Assembly (NCBI RefSeq): GCF_026210795.1 | Contig: NC_089431.1 | Coordinates: 2,046,001 to 2,110,000, forward strand | DNA: 64,000 bases | Direction: 5' to 3' | Source: Rhizophagus irregularis | Taxonomy: Eukaryota | Shown here: positions 39,701 through 54,347 of the stretch, piece after piece | How positions within the stretch are numbered: position 1 is the stretch's first letter | Layout of the letters: each line of letters starts with the position of its first letter | Made by a program: the position numbers and the translations under genes | The notes under the pieces: generated by a model | Told to the model about the DNA's origin: nothing | What the model saw: only the letters and a program-made list of their open reading frames with translations | Databases searched by the model: none

Positions 39701-40037
39701 TTGCAATTTAACGTTAATAAGTAGTAGCAATAATAACAATAGCAATAATAATAGTAATAACAATAATCATAATAATAATAATAGTAATATAATATAATAG
39801 GTAATAATATAATAATAATGGATTTAACAATAAATTTGTGAATAACAAAACATTTTGCTGCAAATTTTTTATTTAAGAATTTAACATGTATTGTATTTTT
39901 TTAAAAATTCAATAAACTTAAAATTTAAATCTTTTATTTATCATATATTTGATGAAAATATCTTTTAAAATATGCATGATATATTATTTATGAAAAATTT
40001 ATGAAAAATGTTGATGAAAGATTAAATTTCTTTTAGC

Positions 40038-41010
40038 CTACCCAGTTCTTTTTAATACCTCATCATTATTCCTTAATGTATAATTATCATTTTCGCCATT
40101 ATCATCTTCTTCTATATTATTATTGAAATCACCCTCCCAAATATCCATATTTATTTCTAAAAAGTTATGTAAAATTATTGCACAACATGTGAATAATACT
40201 CCCATCTTAACCATTTTAATATCAAGATCCTTTAACATTCTAAATCTCGCTTTTAATCTCCCGAAGGTATTTTCTATTACAACTCGATGACATGAATGGA
40301 ATTGATTAAATTTTTTGTGTTTTCGAGAAGATGGATCTTTAAAAGGTGGGATTAAGAAAGGAGAAATAGGATAAGCTGAATCACCCAAAAGATAATCATC
40401 ATCTTGAATAAGATGAGAATAATCTTTATAAAAAAAAGAAATTCTATAAACTTGGGCATCATGTACTGAGCCCGGCCAGCCAACATCAAAACTAGTAAAA
40501 ATGCCTCTATCATTTACAATACCTTGACAGTGAATAGCATAGCGTTTTTTTCTAGTAAAGTAAACCTCTGGATCTTTATTTGGAGCATTTCTCATAGGAA
40601 TATAGGTTCCATCAACTGCTCCAATTACATTTTTCAGCCCTCCTAAATTTTCAAATCCTTCATTAACTTTTTTACGCTCTTCTGAAGTAGGCCACTTAAC
40701 AAACCTCTTTTTTTTGCTAAAATTGCTTGAATAACTCGTTTAGTATAAAGAATTACCGTCCCTTCTCCTATTCCAAATCTTGAACAAACTTCAAACAAAC
40801 TTCCAGTAGATCCAAGTCGACAAAAAAATACAGCTAACTGAAATTCAACACAAGCTTGAGGTTTATTTCCTTGTGATGAAAATACATGATGGGATCGTAT
40901 AAGGTTGGCTAATTGTTGGAAGTTATGTGGATGCATTCTTAAAATTTTTTTAAATCGAGTAATATCATAAAATGGAAGAACATTTTGCCACCAATGCTTT
41001 GACTTCACTA
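40038..41010 (-). pseudogene. PIF/Harbinger DDE transposase (HARBI1-like), frameshifted
   Basis: FKKILRM, RFGIGEGTV, VIGAVDGTYIP, YFTRKKRYAIHCQGIVN, GWPGSVHD, YLLGDSAYP, RVVIENTFGRLKARFR, ILHNF. Confidence 0.85.
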
Positions 41011-41589
41011 CGTGGTATAATCTTGGTTCTAAATACCGTGTATTTATTCATTTTATTAAAACTGTTTGTAAAATGATATTATTCTCTTCATCACTTGAAT
41101 TTTTCTCTTCTTCTTCTTCATGTTCATCTCCTAAAAATATTTGTAACTATAACAACTTATAAAGTCTTTCTTTAGGATTTATATTGTAACGGTAAAAGAA
41201 AAGAAATTATTTTACAAAGTTTTTTTCTTTAGTAATAAGTGTTATAGAAAAAATTATTTTTTTAAAGTCTTGTAAAGTTTTTTTTTTTAAAGAGTATTGT
41301 AAAAAAAATCATTTAAGTATTAAATCAAGTTAAAGTTAATCAAAGTTTAAATATTAAATCAATGATGAAATTGCAGATCAAACTGATATTTTAATGAAAA
41401 AAAAGCAAAAATCTGCAAAATCACAGACTTCCGCATAAATTTCACATAAAAAAAAAGCAGAAATCTGCAAAATCGCAGACTTTCATATAAATTCATATAA
41501 AAAATGCGGAGATCTGCTAATTTTACAGATCTCCGCAGTTCTGTATCTTAAAAAATTTCCCGATGATATGATTTTGCTATTTGAGATAA

Positions 41590-41850
41590 AATTTGACTAC
41601 ACGTAACTAATAATACATATATGGAATCATTACAAGCTTTCATAAAATCATGATTATGTTTAATTCATAATTTAACAGTTGAAAATGCAGTCTCAATGGA
41701 GTTAAAATCAGGAGAATAAGGTGGAAGAAAAACAACACAACATCCTAATTCTTCCAATAAAACTATTAATTCATTATTATGATGGATTCTTGCATTGTTA
41801 ATTATTACAATAATACTATTATCTCCTGGATATGGATTTATTGTTAGCAT
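41590..41850 (-). pseudogene. Tc1/IS630-family transposase C-terminal fragment
   Basis: NPYPGDNSIIVI.NNARIHH...FLPPYSPDFNSIE (DDE_3-type motif). Confidence 0.75.
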
Positions 41851-42624
41851 CTAAATAGTAATAAAATTATTAATTACAATATAAAAAAATAAGATTATAA
41901 CTAATTTTCACCTGGGGTGATATCTCTCGGGTAATATCACCCATTGATTTTATTATAATTTAATAAGTTTAAATAGGTGATTTAACCTAGGTGATTTCGC
42001 CTATTAATTTTATTAATAAATTTTATTTCAATATAGGTGATATCACCTGAAAGTTAAACAAAATTAAATATTTCACGATGATATAATGTTTACATTAATT
42101 GTGATACTATTATTATACTGCATTGTTATTATTATTGTATTTACAGACCATTTCAAAAATTCTCACTCATTTCATTAAAAAAACTTTTATCTTGTTTCAC
42201 TTTTCTAAAGGATTAGTTTTTGAATAAAATTAATAAAATTAGTATCACTTTTGTTTCTATTTGCTAATATCACTTACATAAAACTGCAATACAGAAAATA
42301 TCATTTTAAATACAAACTTTTTTATAATAATTTGTACGATAGTTCTGACCCACTATTTAATTAACTCTTATTATGACTCTTCATATAATGATTCTAATCT
42401 TTCATCAAACTCTCGCCATAATTCTTCAGTTGATACTTTTAACCCGCTATTTAATTTCTCATATGATTTTTCTGACTTGTTTCTTGAAAATAATGAGATA
42501 GCTAATGAAATCCAAATAGGAAATGAAAGTTTAGTAGATTTTTTAAAAGATCATATGAAAGATCATCAGAAAGATAATAAATATTATGATCAATGAATCT
42601 AACCTGTTATTGAATTGTTTGATA

Positions 42625-42808
42625 CAGTCAAACCTTTATATAACAATATGTCGGGACATATATGAAATTTTTAGAAAATATCGTTATATCAAAGTTATAC
42701 CGATATTTATATGTCCTCACATATAGTGGGAAAATAAAATTTTATCGGTATAATAAGTTTTTAATAATATATCGGTATATCGAATATCGGTATATTGAGG
42801 TTAGACTG
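42625..42808. mobile_element. Tc1/pogo-type MITE
   Basis: TIR CAGTC(A/T)AACCT with TA TSD on both sides. Confidence 0.75.
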
Positions 42809-43159
42809 TACTTAATTTCTTACATGATTTTTGATTCATTTCTCAAAATCATGAACAAATAATGAAATTCAATTAGGAAATGATATGATCATCAGGAAGA
42901 AAATAGTGAGTACCACGATCAAAAATTCTAACCTGTTATTCTGTTCTTATTATTTGATTTTCCTGATCTGATACTTGATTTCTCATATGATTTTTTTAAT
43001 CTATTCCTTAAAAATTATGAACAGATAACGAAAATTAAACAGGAAATGAAAGTATAAATATCATAAGAAATCATTTGGAAAATTATCATTATGAAGAAGA
43101 ATATGACGATAGTGAATATGAGAGTGAGTATGAGAGTGAAGAAAAAAACAGATTAAAAT

Positions 43160-43885
43160 TAAATTAAGAAAAAAAATTTAGTTCATGGGAACTTGTTGAG
43201 TCATATCTTGACAAATATGCAAAATAACAAGGATTCTGCCTTTGTAAAAAAAGCGTATACCAGATCCAAATAATAATACAATTACTAGACGCAGAATGTA
43301 TGAATGCTCACATGCCTAAACACATGAAACTCAAAAAACTATCTTAATGGAAAATAGGAGGGATAGAGATTCTGAAATGATTGGATGCTCTTGGCATATT
43401 AATCTTGCATTTCCTAGATCTTCAAATGGTGTTCAGATTAATAGTATAATTAGTAAACACAATTATGATATGAACCCACTTGTAAGGTTACCTGCCTAAA
43501 CCTCTCCAAAATTTTACGATTAGTTTCTCCAAGATTTTACTATAGTTTTATTATAGTTTCGGCAAGGTTTCAGCAGTTTTAGCATTTATAATAAGTTTTG
43601 ACAGGTTTCGCTTTTCTCCAGAGTTTCGCCAACTTTTTAATAAGACTTTCATATAGTTTCAGCAAAGTTTTGCTATTTCAGCATTTCGCTAACTTGCCAA
43701 AACCCCTAGTTTCTCCAGCAACCTTACCCACTTGTTGGTGAAATAGCACCAAAATATCAAAAATTAACTGACAAAATGATTGAAAAAGTTAAATTTTGGA
43801 TGATTCAAGAGAAAATGGGCATATCAACTCAATACAATCTCCTGGTAGCCTTGTTTCCAGATAAAGTAATTAACAAAAAGGATTT
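43160..43885 (+). pseudogene. MULE/FAR1-type DNA-binding domain relic
   Basis: FSSWELVESYLDKYAK*QGFCL...RRRMYECSH...IGCSWHINL...HNYDMNP; interrupted by a hAT MITE. Confidence 0.7.
43483..43726. mobile_element. hAT-type MITE (244 bp)
   Basis: TIR TAAGGTT(A/G)C; 8-bp TSD CCCACTTG at 43475-43482 and 43727-43734. Confidence 0.8.
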
Positions 43886-44321
43886 AAGGCAAATATATCA
43901 TTTTGTATTCACAAAGTAGATTTTTTTGATTCATCAAATTGTATAACAAATTGCCGTACTTTTTTTGATTCAGAAGTTTGTAATACAGTAATCATGAGAT
44001 AGTAAATAATCTCTTTTGATTCACAAAGCAGATTTTTTTGATTCACCAAATTGTGTAACTAATCATTGTACTTTTTTTGATTCAGGAGCTATACGACAGT
44101 TATCACGAAATATTTAAGTTTTTTTTTTGAATCATGTATCAAATAAAAATTATATTCATTTGTTAATTTTCAATTTTTATTATCTAATTATACGTTAGCA
44201 AAATAATTATTTTTTTATTCATAATCACAATTATGCACATAATCACCAAAATCACTACTTGCTATCATTATATTCCGTGCAGTTTCTAAAGAACAATGTC
44301 TTCAAATATTAATCTCATTGC

Positions 44322-44453
44322 TAAAGATGTTAGCCTTAATTATTTTTTAAAAAATTTTGAATTATGGCTATAAGATTTTTATAGCCTTAATTAATTACGG
44401 CATATAAAAATTTTGTATTACGACACTTTTTTGAATTACGGCTAACATCTTTA
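44322..44453. mobile_element. hAT-type MITE (132 bp)
   Basis: TIR TAAAGATGTTAGCC(T/G)TAATT; 8-bp TSD CTCATTGC. Confidence 0.85.
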
Positions 44454-45551
44454 CTCATTGCTGTTTCAGGAACAAGGATTTCTTGAATATAATTATCAGT
44501 TTGTAATGAACAAGAATTTATGGGCGTAAGAATATTAGTTGTTATAAATAAATCAATTAGGGTATTTGCAATTAAAAGAGTGCCTTTAGTTCTATAATAT
44601 CCTGACTAATTTATAGATTTAATTAGTAAGTTATAAATTTAATTTAAAATTAATTTAATATATAAAAAAAATAAAAAATAACTTACTCTTAAACTTTGAA
44701 ATCGGTTTATTAGCATCATCGGCGCTGCAGCCTTCTTATGTCCAACTTTTTGATATACTTATTTTGTAAGACTGAGATAATAACTGTGAGTATTACCATT
44801 AATGATTTCTGTGAGATCATCTTTAAATCTATTAATATGATGGGGTAACTCATCAAAATTAATTATAGGGTATTTGTTTGCGATGCCACTTGAAATGATT
44901 GATAGTTCTGATAGTTCTGCAAAGTGAATAAAGCAAAAATTCATCCAATCTGATTCTGAACTTTTTCCTATAAAATATTTAATTAATAATTATCATTGGA
45001 TTATTAATTGTTTAATATATAATAATTCCAAATACCTTATTCTATCTAATGCTAATTTCATCTGATCAGACATCGGATCAGGTAAAATTTTATCACAAAA
45101 AGAACAAGTTTCTTTCACTATAAATTATTGAACAAATTAATGCTAAGTTTCATTTAAATTAAATATTTTTAAAATATAATGCTTACTTTGATCAATATTT
45201 AATTCATCTTCTAGTGACTCTAATTCATTAAATTCGTCAAAGTTATATTGATATTTATATATTCTCTTTATTATGAAAATTCTAATAGATAATAAAAACA
45301 ATAAATTTAAACAACAATAATCAAAATATAAATCAATTAAAATTATTAATTGTTCTCTATTTGTTACATTATTTTTTCACGAATTTTGTTTTATCCTTTT
45401 AGTTTGTCTTTTTTGCACAGAAAATGGTAGCGGATTTAATGGCAAATTAGATTGAGGGTTCTGATAATTGCACTTGTAATGGATTTCTTTTTCTTGGTTT
45501 AGCTGAAGGTTTTGATGGAACACCATAATTACTCAATGTATGAATACTTAA

Positions 45552-46113
45552 TTGCCAATCTGCCTAAAATCGGTACTGTATTACTAATAAAATTCGGGGT
45601 TAAATTTGCTGATTTTGTGCTAGAACACAAACTTCAAAAAAGGATATCTCATAGATGACATATTGACTATAAAAAAAAATCATATGATATACTGAAAAAA
45701 TACTTGAAAAAAATGAATTTGCAAAAAAAAGTTATACATTCATATGCAAAATAATGAGTTTACTATGTGTGCGTGTCAGATTTACACCTTAAAATATACA
45801 AAATTTCAATATTTCATTTACTATATTGCATTATTTACAACAAAAACCTATAATTTTTAGCTTCTAAAGTTGTTTTTAAAAGCTTTTTTGAAATATTTTT
45901 ATTATTAAAAACAAGTGAAAGTTAAAGAAAACCAGTTACAGAAATATAATTATAAATTTTTTTGGCAAATATGATTTGTCATAAAATGAAAGAAAATATT
46001 GTTTTTATGATATTTCTGTTTGTAAAATGGGTGAAACTTATTTCACGCGTGAAATGCAAAAAATGCTTTTTATTTTATTAGTAACGCTATGCCATTTTTA
46101 GGCAGATCAGCAA
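45552..46113. mobile_element. Non-autonomous element flanked by TTAA, termini TTGC
   Basis: TTAA|TTGCCAATCTGCCTAAAA ... TTTTAGGCAGATCAGCAA|TTAA; removal restores the MULE reading frame. Confidence 0.7.
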
Positions 46114-46559
46114 TTAAGCCATCTGGTCAGAAAGGATCATTTATATGGTTTAAATTTCCTAAACATATAATTATAAAAATAAGTATAAGTAATATAAATA
46201 TGCTTTGCAAGTATTTTATTATAAATCAATAAATTTTTGCTAGAATTTGGTAAAACGCATTACTTATTTTTAAAATAAGTAACTAATTTGTTTGTTATAT
46301 TTTCAATAAATTTATCATAATTTTGTGATTTTAAGTAATCATATGTTTACAAACATCACGTAAAGATCTATTCCAAATATAATCTAGACATAGAGGGCAT
46401 TCTCCTGTAACTATATTTACGATATAGTAGTTAGATCGGATTTCACTAGCTTTCTGAATTGCTTTTTCTGCCGATCTATTGACCAAAAATTTTCGGAAAG
46501 AAAATTTTATATCTTCGTACTAACAACTCTTATATTTTACCCAACTTATACCTTCTAAC

Positions 46560-48690
46560 ATGTCTAGAAACCTTGCTAGAAGAGGTGGCGGCAGCTATAA
46601 CCCTAACAGTAATAAGGCTGCTCGTCAAGAAAAGAAAAATAATAAAAAACAACTCTCCGATAACTCTGGTTCTGATAGTGATAATAATTCTCAAAAACGT
46701 TCCCGTATACTTACAAAAGACTCCATGGATGAAGACTATGAAGATTTCGTCGCCGACGCGCTGGCTGACGGTGGTTTAGTTGGTTCAACTTCGACCGCTA
46801 TTCCTCAACAAAATAATTCCCGCAGCACCGCCCAAGAAAATACTCAAGCTTCTACCCCGAATAATTCTGCTGCGCCTACTGCGCCTGGCCAAGACGCGTT
46901 TTCTGGAGCTAACGCGTCTATTCATGCACCTCGAAACAAAGAAAATAACTCATCCCCTAACGCGTCCCCTAATATGGACGAGAATGATGGTACATCGCCC
47001 GATCAGGCTGTCGATCCCTCCCCCACCATTACTATTAATCGTCAAGATTTCCTGGCTGCGGCTGCGCCCAACTCCGCTCCCCAAACTCTAGAGAAACTTA
47101 AAACTAATAAGGCAATCATTGATGCCGTTAACAATTTGTTTTTAGAAACATATGAATCATACACCGGTCGGGCTCGTATGACTGGTTCAGGGGACGCTAA
47201 ACGTCTCATCATTCACTTCCATACTGCGGAGGCTCGTGACTTGTGTATTGGTTCCACACACTCCGATTTTCCGGACCTACAATTCCACCTGTACGATCCC
47301 AAACAGCTCCGGTCCGATGAAGACCTCCGTGCAATTCAAGTCACAGATATTCCGTTTTTCATTACTAAACCCCAACTACAATCCTATTTCAAGAAATTTG
47401 GCAACCTGCTATCCCTTCATCTCTATTCAAGGAAAGGTGCCAAAATGCAACAAGCCCGCATCGTCTATGATCATGCCGATGCCATCGCCCGTTTTACCAC
47501 CCAATGGGCAGTTTATTGTTTTTCCACCTGTTTGCGCGTTACTCCCTGTCACTATTCAGTGAAACAAAAAGCTGCTCGTCGAGAATTTGTTGCTGTCCTC
47601 TCTGGACTCCCTGCTAACACTAAAGATATCCATCTCGCTCCGTTAGTTAAAGAGCATGGAGCTAAAGCTATTAACATTCCTCTTTCTCTAAACTCCTATA
47701 AACCTAAACCATGGGCTTATGTTACTTTCAATTCACAAACGACAATGGATGCCGCTATGGAACAAACAATTGGATTCCATGGTCGTACTCTTTGGTGGGG
47801 TACTTCCAATAATTCGAAAGCCCTCTGCCACAGATGTGGTAAGCTCGGTTGTGCTCCTACCTCCTGCCCGCTCAATCAACGCCGCGGACGCTCACGTACA
47901 CGTGACCCTGTTGCCGCCCTTAAAAAACGTTTCAACATTGGCCATAGACCTGCTCAACAAAGAGCTCCGCGTAATAATTCTCGGTCTCGCTCTCGCTCTA
48001 AATCCCGAGATCGTTCTGCCTCTGCTCAACGTCCGAATTCAAACCCCAACCGCTCTAATAATAATAATAATAGCTCTAACAATACTAAACCCTCCTCCTC
48101 TGGTCCAGCTCACTTCTCCTCAACTGCTCATGGACGCACGCCTTCCAATACTCGAAAAGGCAAAGATCGATCTGTTTCCTTTTCGTCCAATGGTCGTGCT
48201 CCACTCCTGGATCCGAATTCTCCTAATGCTCTTGAGGCTGCCCTTAAGATTCTTAATGTTTTAAAGAATCTTCAACAAGATGTTGCTCGTGTGGAATCCC
48301 GCATTTCAAATCTTGAACTTAACAATCAACGGCTATCTGCCATTGAAGCCCATTTAGGCATCAATCCTCCCTCCACTCCTGTTATCAATTCTGAACCTGA
48401 TCGGATGGAAGAAGACCCTCCTGAAACTACTGGTACCTTAATCCCACATCCTAATGCTCCCTTATCTTCTGGTGCAAAGAAATCCTCTTCCCCCAAATCT
48501 ACACTCAATAATGTTCCGCACTCGCCTCCACTTCCACTCCTAACCCTTCCCCGCAAGACGAATTGAACTCGGTTATTCAAGATCAAAAAGCGATTAAAGA
48601 TACCTTACAATCGCTCACTGGTTCCATCCAAGGTTTTATTGCTTCTCTTGGTGGTTCTCCCTCCGAACGAGCTTCTGCTCTTTCGCAATA
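46560..48690 (+). CDS. LINE ORF1 (RRM + zinc knuckle + coiled coil); a frameshift near 48540 probably truncates the listed ORF
   Basis: RAIQVTDIPFFITKPQLQSYFKKFG (RRM-like), WAYVTFNS, CHRCGKLGCAPTSC knuckle, RS-rich segment, coiled coil; plausible continuation to TAA at ~48690. Confidence 0.75.
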
Positions 48691-48738
48691 ACTGATTTCT
48701 CACCTCCTTTCCCCGTACTTTATTATCATTGTGTTCTA

Positions 48739-51700
48739 ATGATTGACAATTTTAATTATGATACGTTTGTTCGGAACTCACCCAACCCTGTAGATACTTA
48801 TAATTTTTCAGAACATGAATCTTTATTTACTACCTTAAATTCTTCTCCTATCCCCAATTCCTTTAATATTTCATCCTTTAATATTAATGGCCTTCGACAT
48901 AATAGTCAAGTTAAAATTGAACAAATTTTAAACTTTTTCAACCTCAAACATATTTCCTTTGGTGGTATCGTAGATACCCATTTATCCCCCAAACAAATTC
49001 ATTTTTTATCTAAACGCCTTCCTAATTATACTGTCTTTTCCTCTGACATGATAAAACTAAACAAGTCAAATCTACTGGTGGCGTTTCCCTTTTTATTGAA
49101 AAATCTCTTGCTTCTCATGTACAAGATTTTGTTTCACATTCCTCACGTATTTTATCTGTTGACCTTTATTTTAAAGGCAACATTAAATTGCGTATTTTTG
49201 TTATATATATCCCTCCTATTTCCGATTCTAAATTACGATCTGAAACCATTGATCTCCTTTTACAATTGTTAGTGCATACTAAACAACAAAATTTTTATCA
49301 CGCCATTTGTGGCGATTTTAATATGCATTTAGACATTTATTACCCTATTTATTTTAACCGCCCTTCTGTTGCTTCTCAACGGTCTTATCGTTTGTTGCAT
49401 CATCTTTTATCTCATGGTTATGAAGAAACCATTCCTGCTAATGCTTCTGATTCACTAGGCACCTTCCACCGTGATGACCAGATTACTCGCATAGACTATG
49501 TTTGGTCCTGCCCGATGCTAAAAAGCTTTGCTCTCACTTCCTACATATTCGACGCCCATGATACCTGCTCTTCTGATCACAATCCTGTCATCACGTATTT
49601 TGATGATTCACTCTTGGCTGCATCTATCAAGGTTGCTCGTGCTAAACAACTTCAACGTCGAACTCGCCGCGTTTTCAAATTTGATTCAGTCACTACTCAA
49701 CAATGGGAATCCTTTTCCACTCACACTGACTCTCTTTGCGATGTTCTTCCTTCTACTTTTTCAACATGGCACATCAATCATCAATGTGAATACTTGCATT
49801 CTCGTATCGTGAAAGCTGCTAATGCTTTTCTTCCATCTGTCATGGTCGGTAATCAACACACACCTACGGTGCCTAAAGATTTGGAAGCTTTAACTCAACA
49901 TTATCGTTTCCTCAGCCATCTTTTGCATTCGATACGCTTATTGTGCAAATATCCTTCTACATATTTTAATAGATATGAACATGTTTGGTCCATACATTTC
50001 ATTCGACTTCAAAAAATTCTTCATCTTTATAAGAAGGTTATCCCCTCTCCCCCTATTTTACCTACTTCTTTAGCCACATGTAGGCAAGACGGTTTTATTT
50101 CTTTATTAGAATCCTTAAAGATTATTTCCAGTGCCCTTTATGGCCTCCTTCTTCTCAAAGAAAAAGATTTTCAAGATTCTTCTATTCGTGCCAAAGTGGA
50201 TGATAGGGACAACAATTTTGAATCTGATATTTCCTCATTCATTAATTCAGCTCTCTCAAGGACTCGACGTCGTATCACATTATATCGAATCTTTATTGAC
50301 CACCCTACACAACCTAAACTCCTAACGAACCCGCATGATATTGATGACGCTGTTATCAACCACTTCCAGAATTCCGTACCTATTAAATCATCTCCTCCTG
50401 ATAATATTTCAGCTCTTCCTGAAAAATGGTCTTCTGCTTATCGCCCTATGGATGATGTGAATTCTTCTATTTATGATTCTTTGTTGGATCCTCCTTCTCT
50501 TGATGAATGGTTGTCTACGGTCTCTTCTATGCCTAACGACAAAGCTCCTGGTCCTTCTATGATTACTTATGAGATGCTTAAGCATCTGGGTTCCAGCGCT
50601 TCAGCTTTGGTCTTAATCCTGGTCCAGTCATGCTTCCATACTGCAGATATTCCTGATTTATGGCATCAAGCTATGGTTTTCCCTATCCCTAAACCTCACG
50701 AATGGAAATGTCAACTCAAGAATACAAGACCTATTACTTTACTTGAAGTTATTAGGAAATCTTTGGTCAAACTCTTTTATAATCGTCTCGCTTCCATTTT
50801 GGCTTCGAATGAAGTTCTCAAAGGAGGAAACTTCGCCGGTCTCCCTGGTGGTTCTTGTCGTGACCCTTTTGTCGTCCTGGAATCTATTATCCATGATGCT
50901 CATGTCAACAAATCGCCGCTTTGGATCCTTTCACAAGATATTTCAAAGGCTTTCGACTCGGTTGATCTCAAGATGTTGCGTTTTGCTTTAGAACGCATTA
51001 AACTTCCTGCTTCTGCTACCAAGTTTATTTTATCCCTTTTTATGAAACGCTCTAATCGCGTTTTTACTGCTCATGGAACTACACCTTCTTACCGCGTTCG
51101 TATTGGTATAGATCAAGGCGAAGTTATCTCTCCCTTACTCTGGGTTATATATATGATCCTTTATTCGACTGTTCTTAAGAATGAAATGATGGATCCGTAT
51201 ATACTTCATGCTCCTTCTTTATCTAATCCCTTGGCTGAGACAAATTCAGATGGATTACGCATTAACAACTTGGTCTTTATGGACGATTCCACTTTAATTT
51301 CGTCATCTAAATCTGGAATGGAATCGATGCTTTCTATTACGGAAGAATTTTATCAGATTAATAATACTTCCGCTAATCACAACAAATATGTTTTAATTAC
51401 TAATTCGTTGCCTCCCACTTCAGCTCCTTCGCCTTTTCCAGTCGTGTTTGACTTGCAATTATCTGGACTGAACAAAGTACCTTCCATTTCTATTGTGCCT
51501 ATTTCCATGCGAATAGTTCTTTCTGCTTCCCTGGGCTGTGGTTCAATGTCGCTTGATCTCGTGATTTTGTCAGAAAGCAAGTTGCTCGATGTAACTCGCG
51601 CTACCGTTCGTCCTGCCAAATTATCTGCTAAGCAAGTAGTTTATTTACACAACACTATCCTTATTCCGAAATTGGAATATCGCATGCAAGTACACACACT

Positions 51701-54347
51701 CTCGAATCTGAATGTCGTCGGCAACCAGCAGTATCCGTTCCTTGGTTAAACATAAGGCCAATTTTTCACGTGTACTCCCGATTCTATTTTGTTTTTATCT
51801 CAAGGCTTGGGATTGATTAATTTATTTTTTCATCAATCACAAACACATTTAACTAATTTGTTTTTATTAGCTAATTCTTCTTCTTTTTTTGAAAAAATTT
51901 AAAAATTTTTATTTTTATATAGATTACGCTTAATTCAATTTTCTTTTTTGATTCCCATTTCTCCATTGTTAGTTAAAGATTGGACTTTATGGTCTAAACT
52001 TTTCGCTTTTAAACAGGATTATATCGCTTGCACTATCGCCCTCCTGACCACCACTCCTTTCAAATTGTCGTGTTCACGACTTTCAACTTTGCCTGACCTT
52101 ACTATATCTGATGGTCATACGCCTTTATTTGACGTTATGACTCCAAAAATTTTTATATCTTACTTTCGACGTCTTAGAAGTTTGCAACTTTATTACCTAT
52201 CTCAATTCATCACGCCTCAAGGAACCCATATGATCACTTGGAATGTTTATTTATCCAATCTATTAAGTAGGAAAGGCCATCGAGTCCTCCCGCATAAATG
52301 GTTCAATGACATCCACCAACGCGTCACTGTTCCGAATTCCAATTCTCTGCTCTTGGATCAATTTTCTTCTGATGCTATCCCTTCGAACATTGATTTGGCT
52401 CCAGCCTTTGGTTCCTCTAGAAAATCCATGAAACGGATCGACTTTAAACGAAGATGGTTCTCCTCTTTTTGGAAAACAACTTAGCAAACAACAATATTCC
52501 TGCAAGATTGTCCATTGGACCTCTGATTGTGCGACTCGACCTAATGATGTTATCACGCTTACTCCGTCCCGGTTGTTCTAAACACGTACCGGTTACCCAT
52601 ACTAAAAACAACCCATCAGATGTTACTCCTCTATGTATCATCCCAAAACTTTCTCCTCTTAGATCTTTACTTCTCCCAACAACGCAGGAGCGTATTAGAC
52701 ATGACACCACCACTATTACTTCTCCTTATACTTGGGCGGACCTTGACGAGATTGTAAGATCCTATTATGGTCGTTTGGTCATTCTACCTAATTTTTCACA
52801 AGAAGATGTGGTTACTCTCCCTTCTCCTTCTCCTTCTCCCTCCTTGGCTTAGCGCTCTCTTGCTTTTGCTGCCTCACCGTTAGCAACTCCTCCTGATAAT
52901 CATTATTGTTTTTATACTGATGGTTCTTTAATTAACCTCGCACTCCCGATGTTTCTATGGGTTGGTCGGTACAAGTCCTGATGGCGCTGGTTTTTTCCAA
53001 TCTATCGCTGCTCACGCTCATGGAATTTTTCACAATTGGCCTTCTTCTACAAGAGCTGAAATCGCTGCTATACATGCTGCTCTTACAGTCACTCCTCCGT
53101 CTTCAACGGTCACTATTCATACTGACTCTCAATCTGCCATAGATGGTCTTCGTCTATGTGCTACCTTTTCTTATTCCAATAGTAGGCTTTATTACAAGAC
53201 CACCAATTTTGAACTTTGGGCTATTATTGAACATCTCATTTCCTCCAAATCTTTATCCGTCACGGCTGTTAAAGTGAAAGGTCACTCTGGTAATTTCTAT
53301 AATGACTACGCGACTCTCTGGCCAACTCTCGCGCATACTTCTTCTTCAGCAATTCTTCTTTCTGATCTGGATCAAGTATCTCCTCACGATTTCTTATTAA
53401 AATATGATGATATTTTATGCGAATCCAACCCACGACGCCTATTTAAGCAATATTCGCAAATGCTGTGGATGCATAGATTAACGCGTTTATCGCATTTTAA
53501 CTTTACCATTGCTTTATCCTCTATCTCAGATTTCGTGATTGATTGGGATCTTACCTGGTTCTCGCTAAATTCTGAACCTCAGCATGATGCTTCATTTACT
53601 CGCGCTCATGCTTCCCTTCATCGCACCTTCAAATTCAAACTCTTTTTGGAAGATTTGCCTACCTTGGAACATCTTAAAAGAATTCGCCCGGACTTGTATA
53701 TTGACATCTTATTGTGTCGTTCGTGCCTCGACTCCAAGGAAGATTTCATGCACTTGTTTATGTGCAAATGTAGACGAATCGCTATGGAACAGATTCTCCT
53801 CTCCTACCAACATCACTTTATCAACAAACTTCAAGAAGCTGGTGATCTCGTTAAGAAAGATCCCTCTTTAATTATTAACAAATTTAAATCTCTTCCTTGT
53901 TGGTCCTTTTCTTCTTCAAATTGGACTTCATATAGCCTTGTCCGTGGCTGCCTTCTGAAATCTTTTGTCGAATTTTTTGATGAACTTTCTATTCCACGTA
54001 ACTCTGCGATGAAGGTTATCTCTGCTATCCACAATCACTTTATCCAAAAAATCAGAAAACGAATTTGGCTTCCGCGCTCCTATGATAAATCTAAATGGGA
54101 AGACGCGATGAATATTACTCATAAACTCAAACTCTCTCGGCCTTCTAATTTGCCAAAGTCCACATACTTACCCTTCTCAACTTTACCTCCTCCGACCCTT
54201 TCCGATGCCGCACGTGACTCCGACGTTGATTATTTAAAGAACTCGATGAAATATGGTTTGCCTTGGTTTAATCACTATTCGGGTTTTATGGGTCGTCTAA
54301 CGGTGCAACTTACTAACAGCTTTAGCAGGGTGGTGTGTCGATTTTAA
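48739..54347 (+). pseudogene. LINE ORF2: APE endonuclease - reverse transcriptase - RNase H - C-terminal Cys/His motif, multiple frameshifts
   Basis: APE: SFNINGL, ICGDFN, RIDYVW, SDH. RT: KAPGPS, RPITLL, QDISKAFDSV, GIDQGEVISPLLW, FMDD. RNase H: FYTDGS, RAEIAAI, HTDSQ, KVKGHSG. C-terminal: CRSC...EDFMHLFMC. Confidence 0.88.

Noticed and set aside
48500..53000. Programmed frameshifting in LINE ORF1/ORF2
   Set aside because: Many scattered small indels with no slippery-site pattern; decay or sequencing error is simpler.
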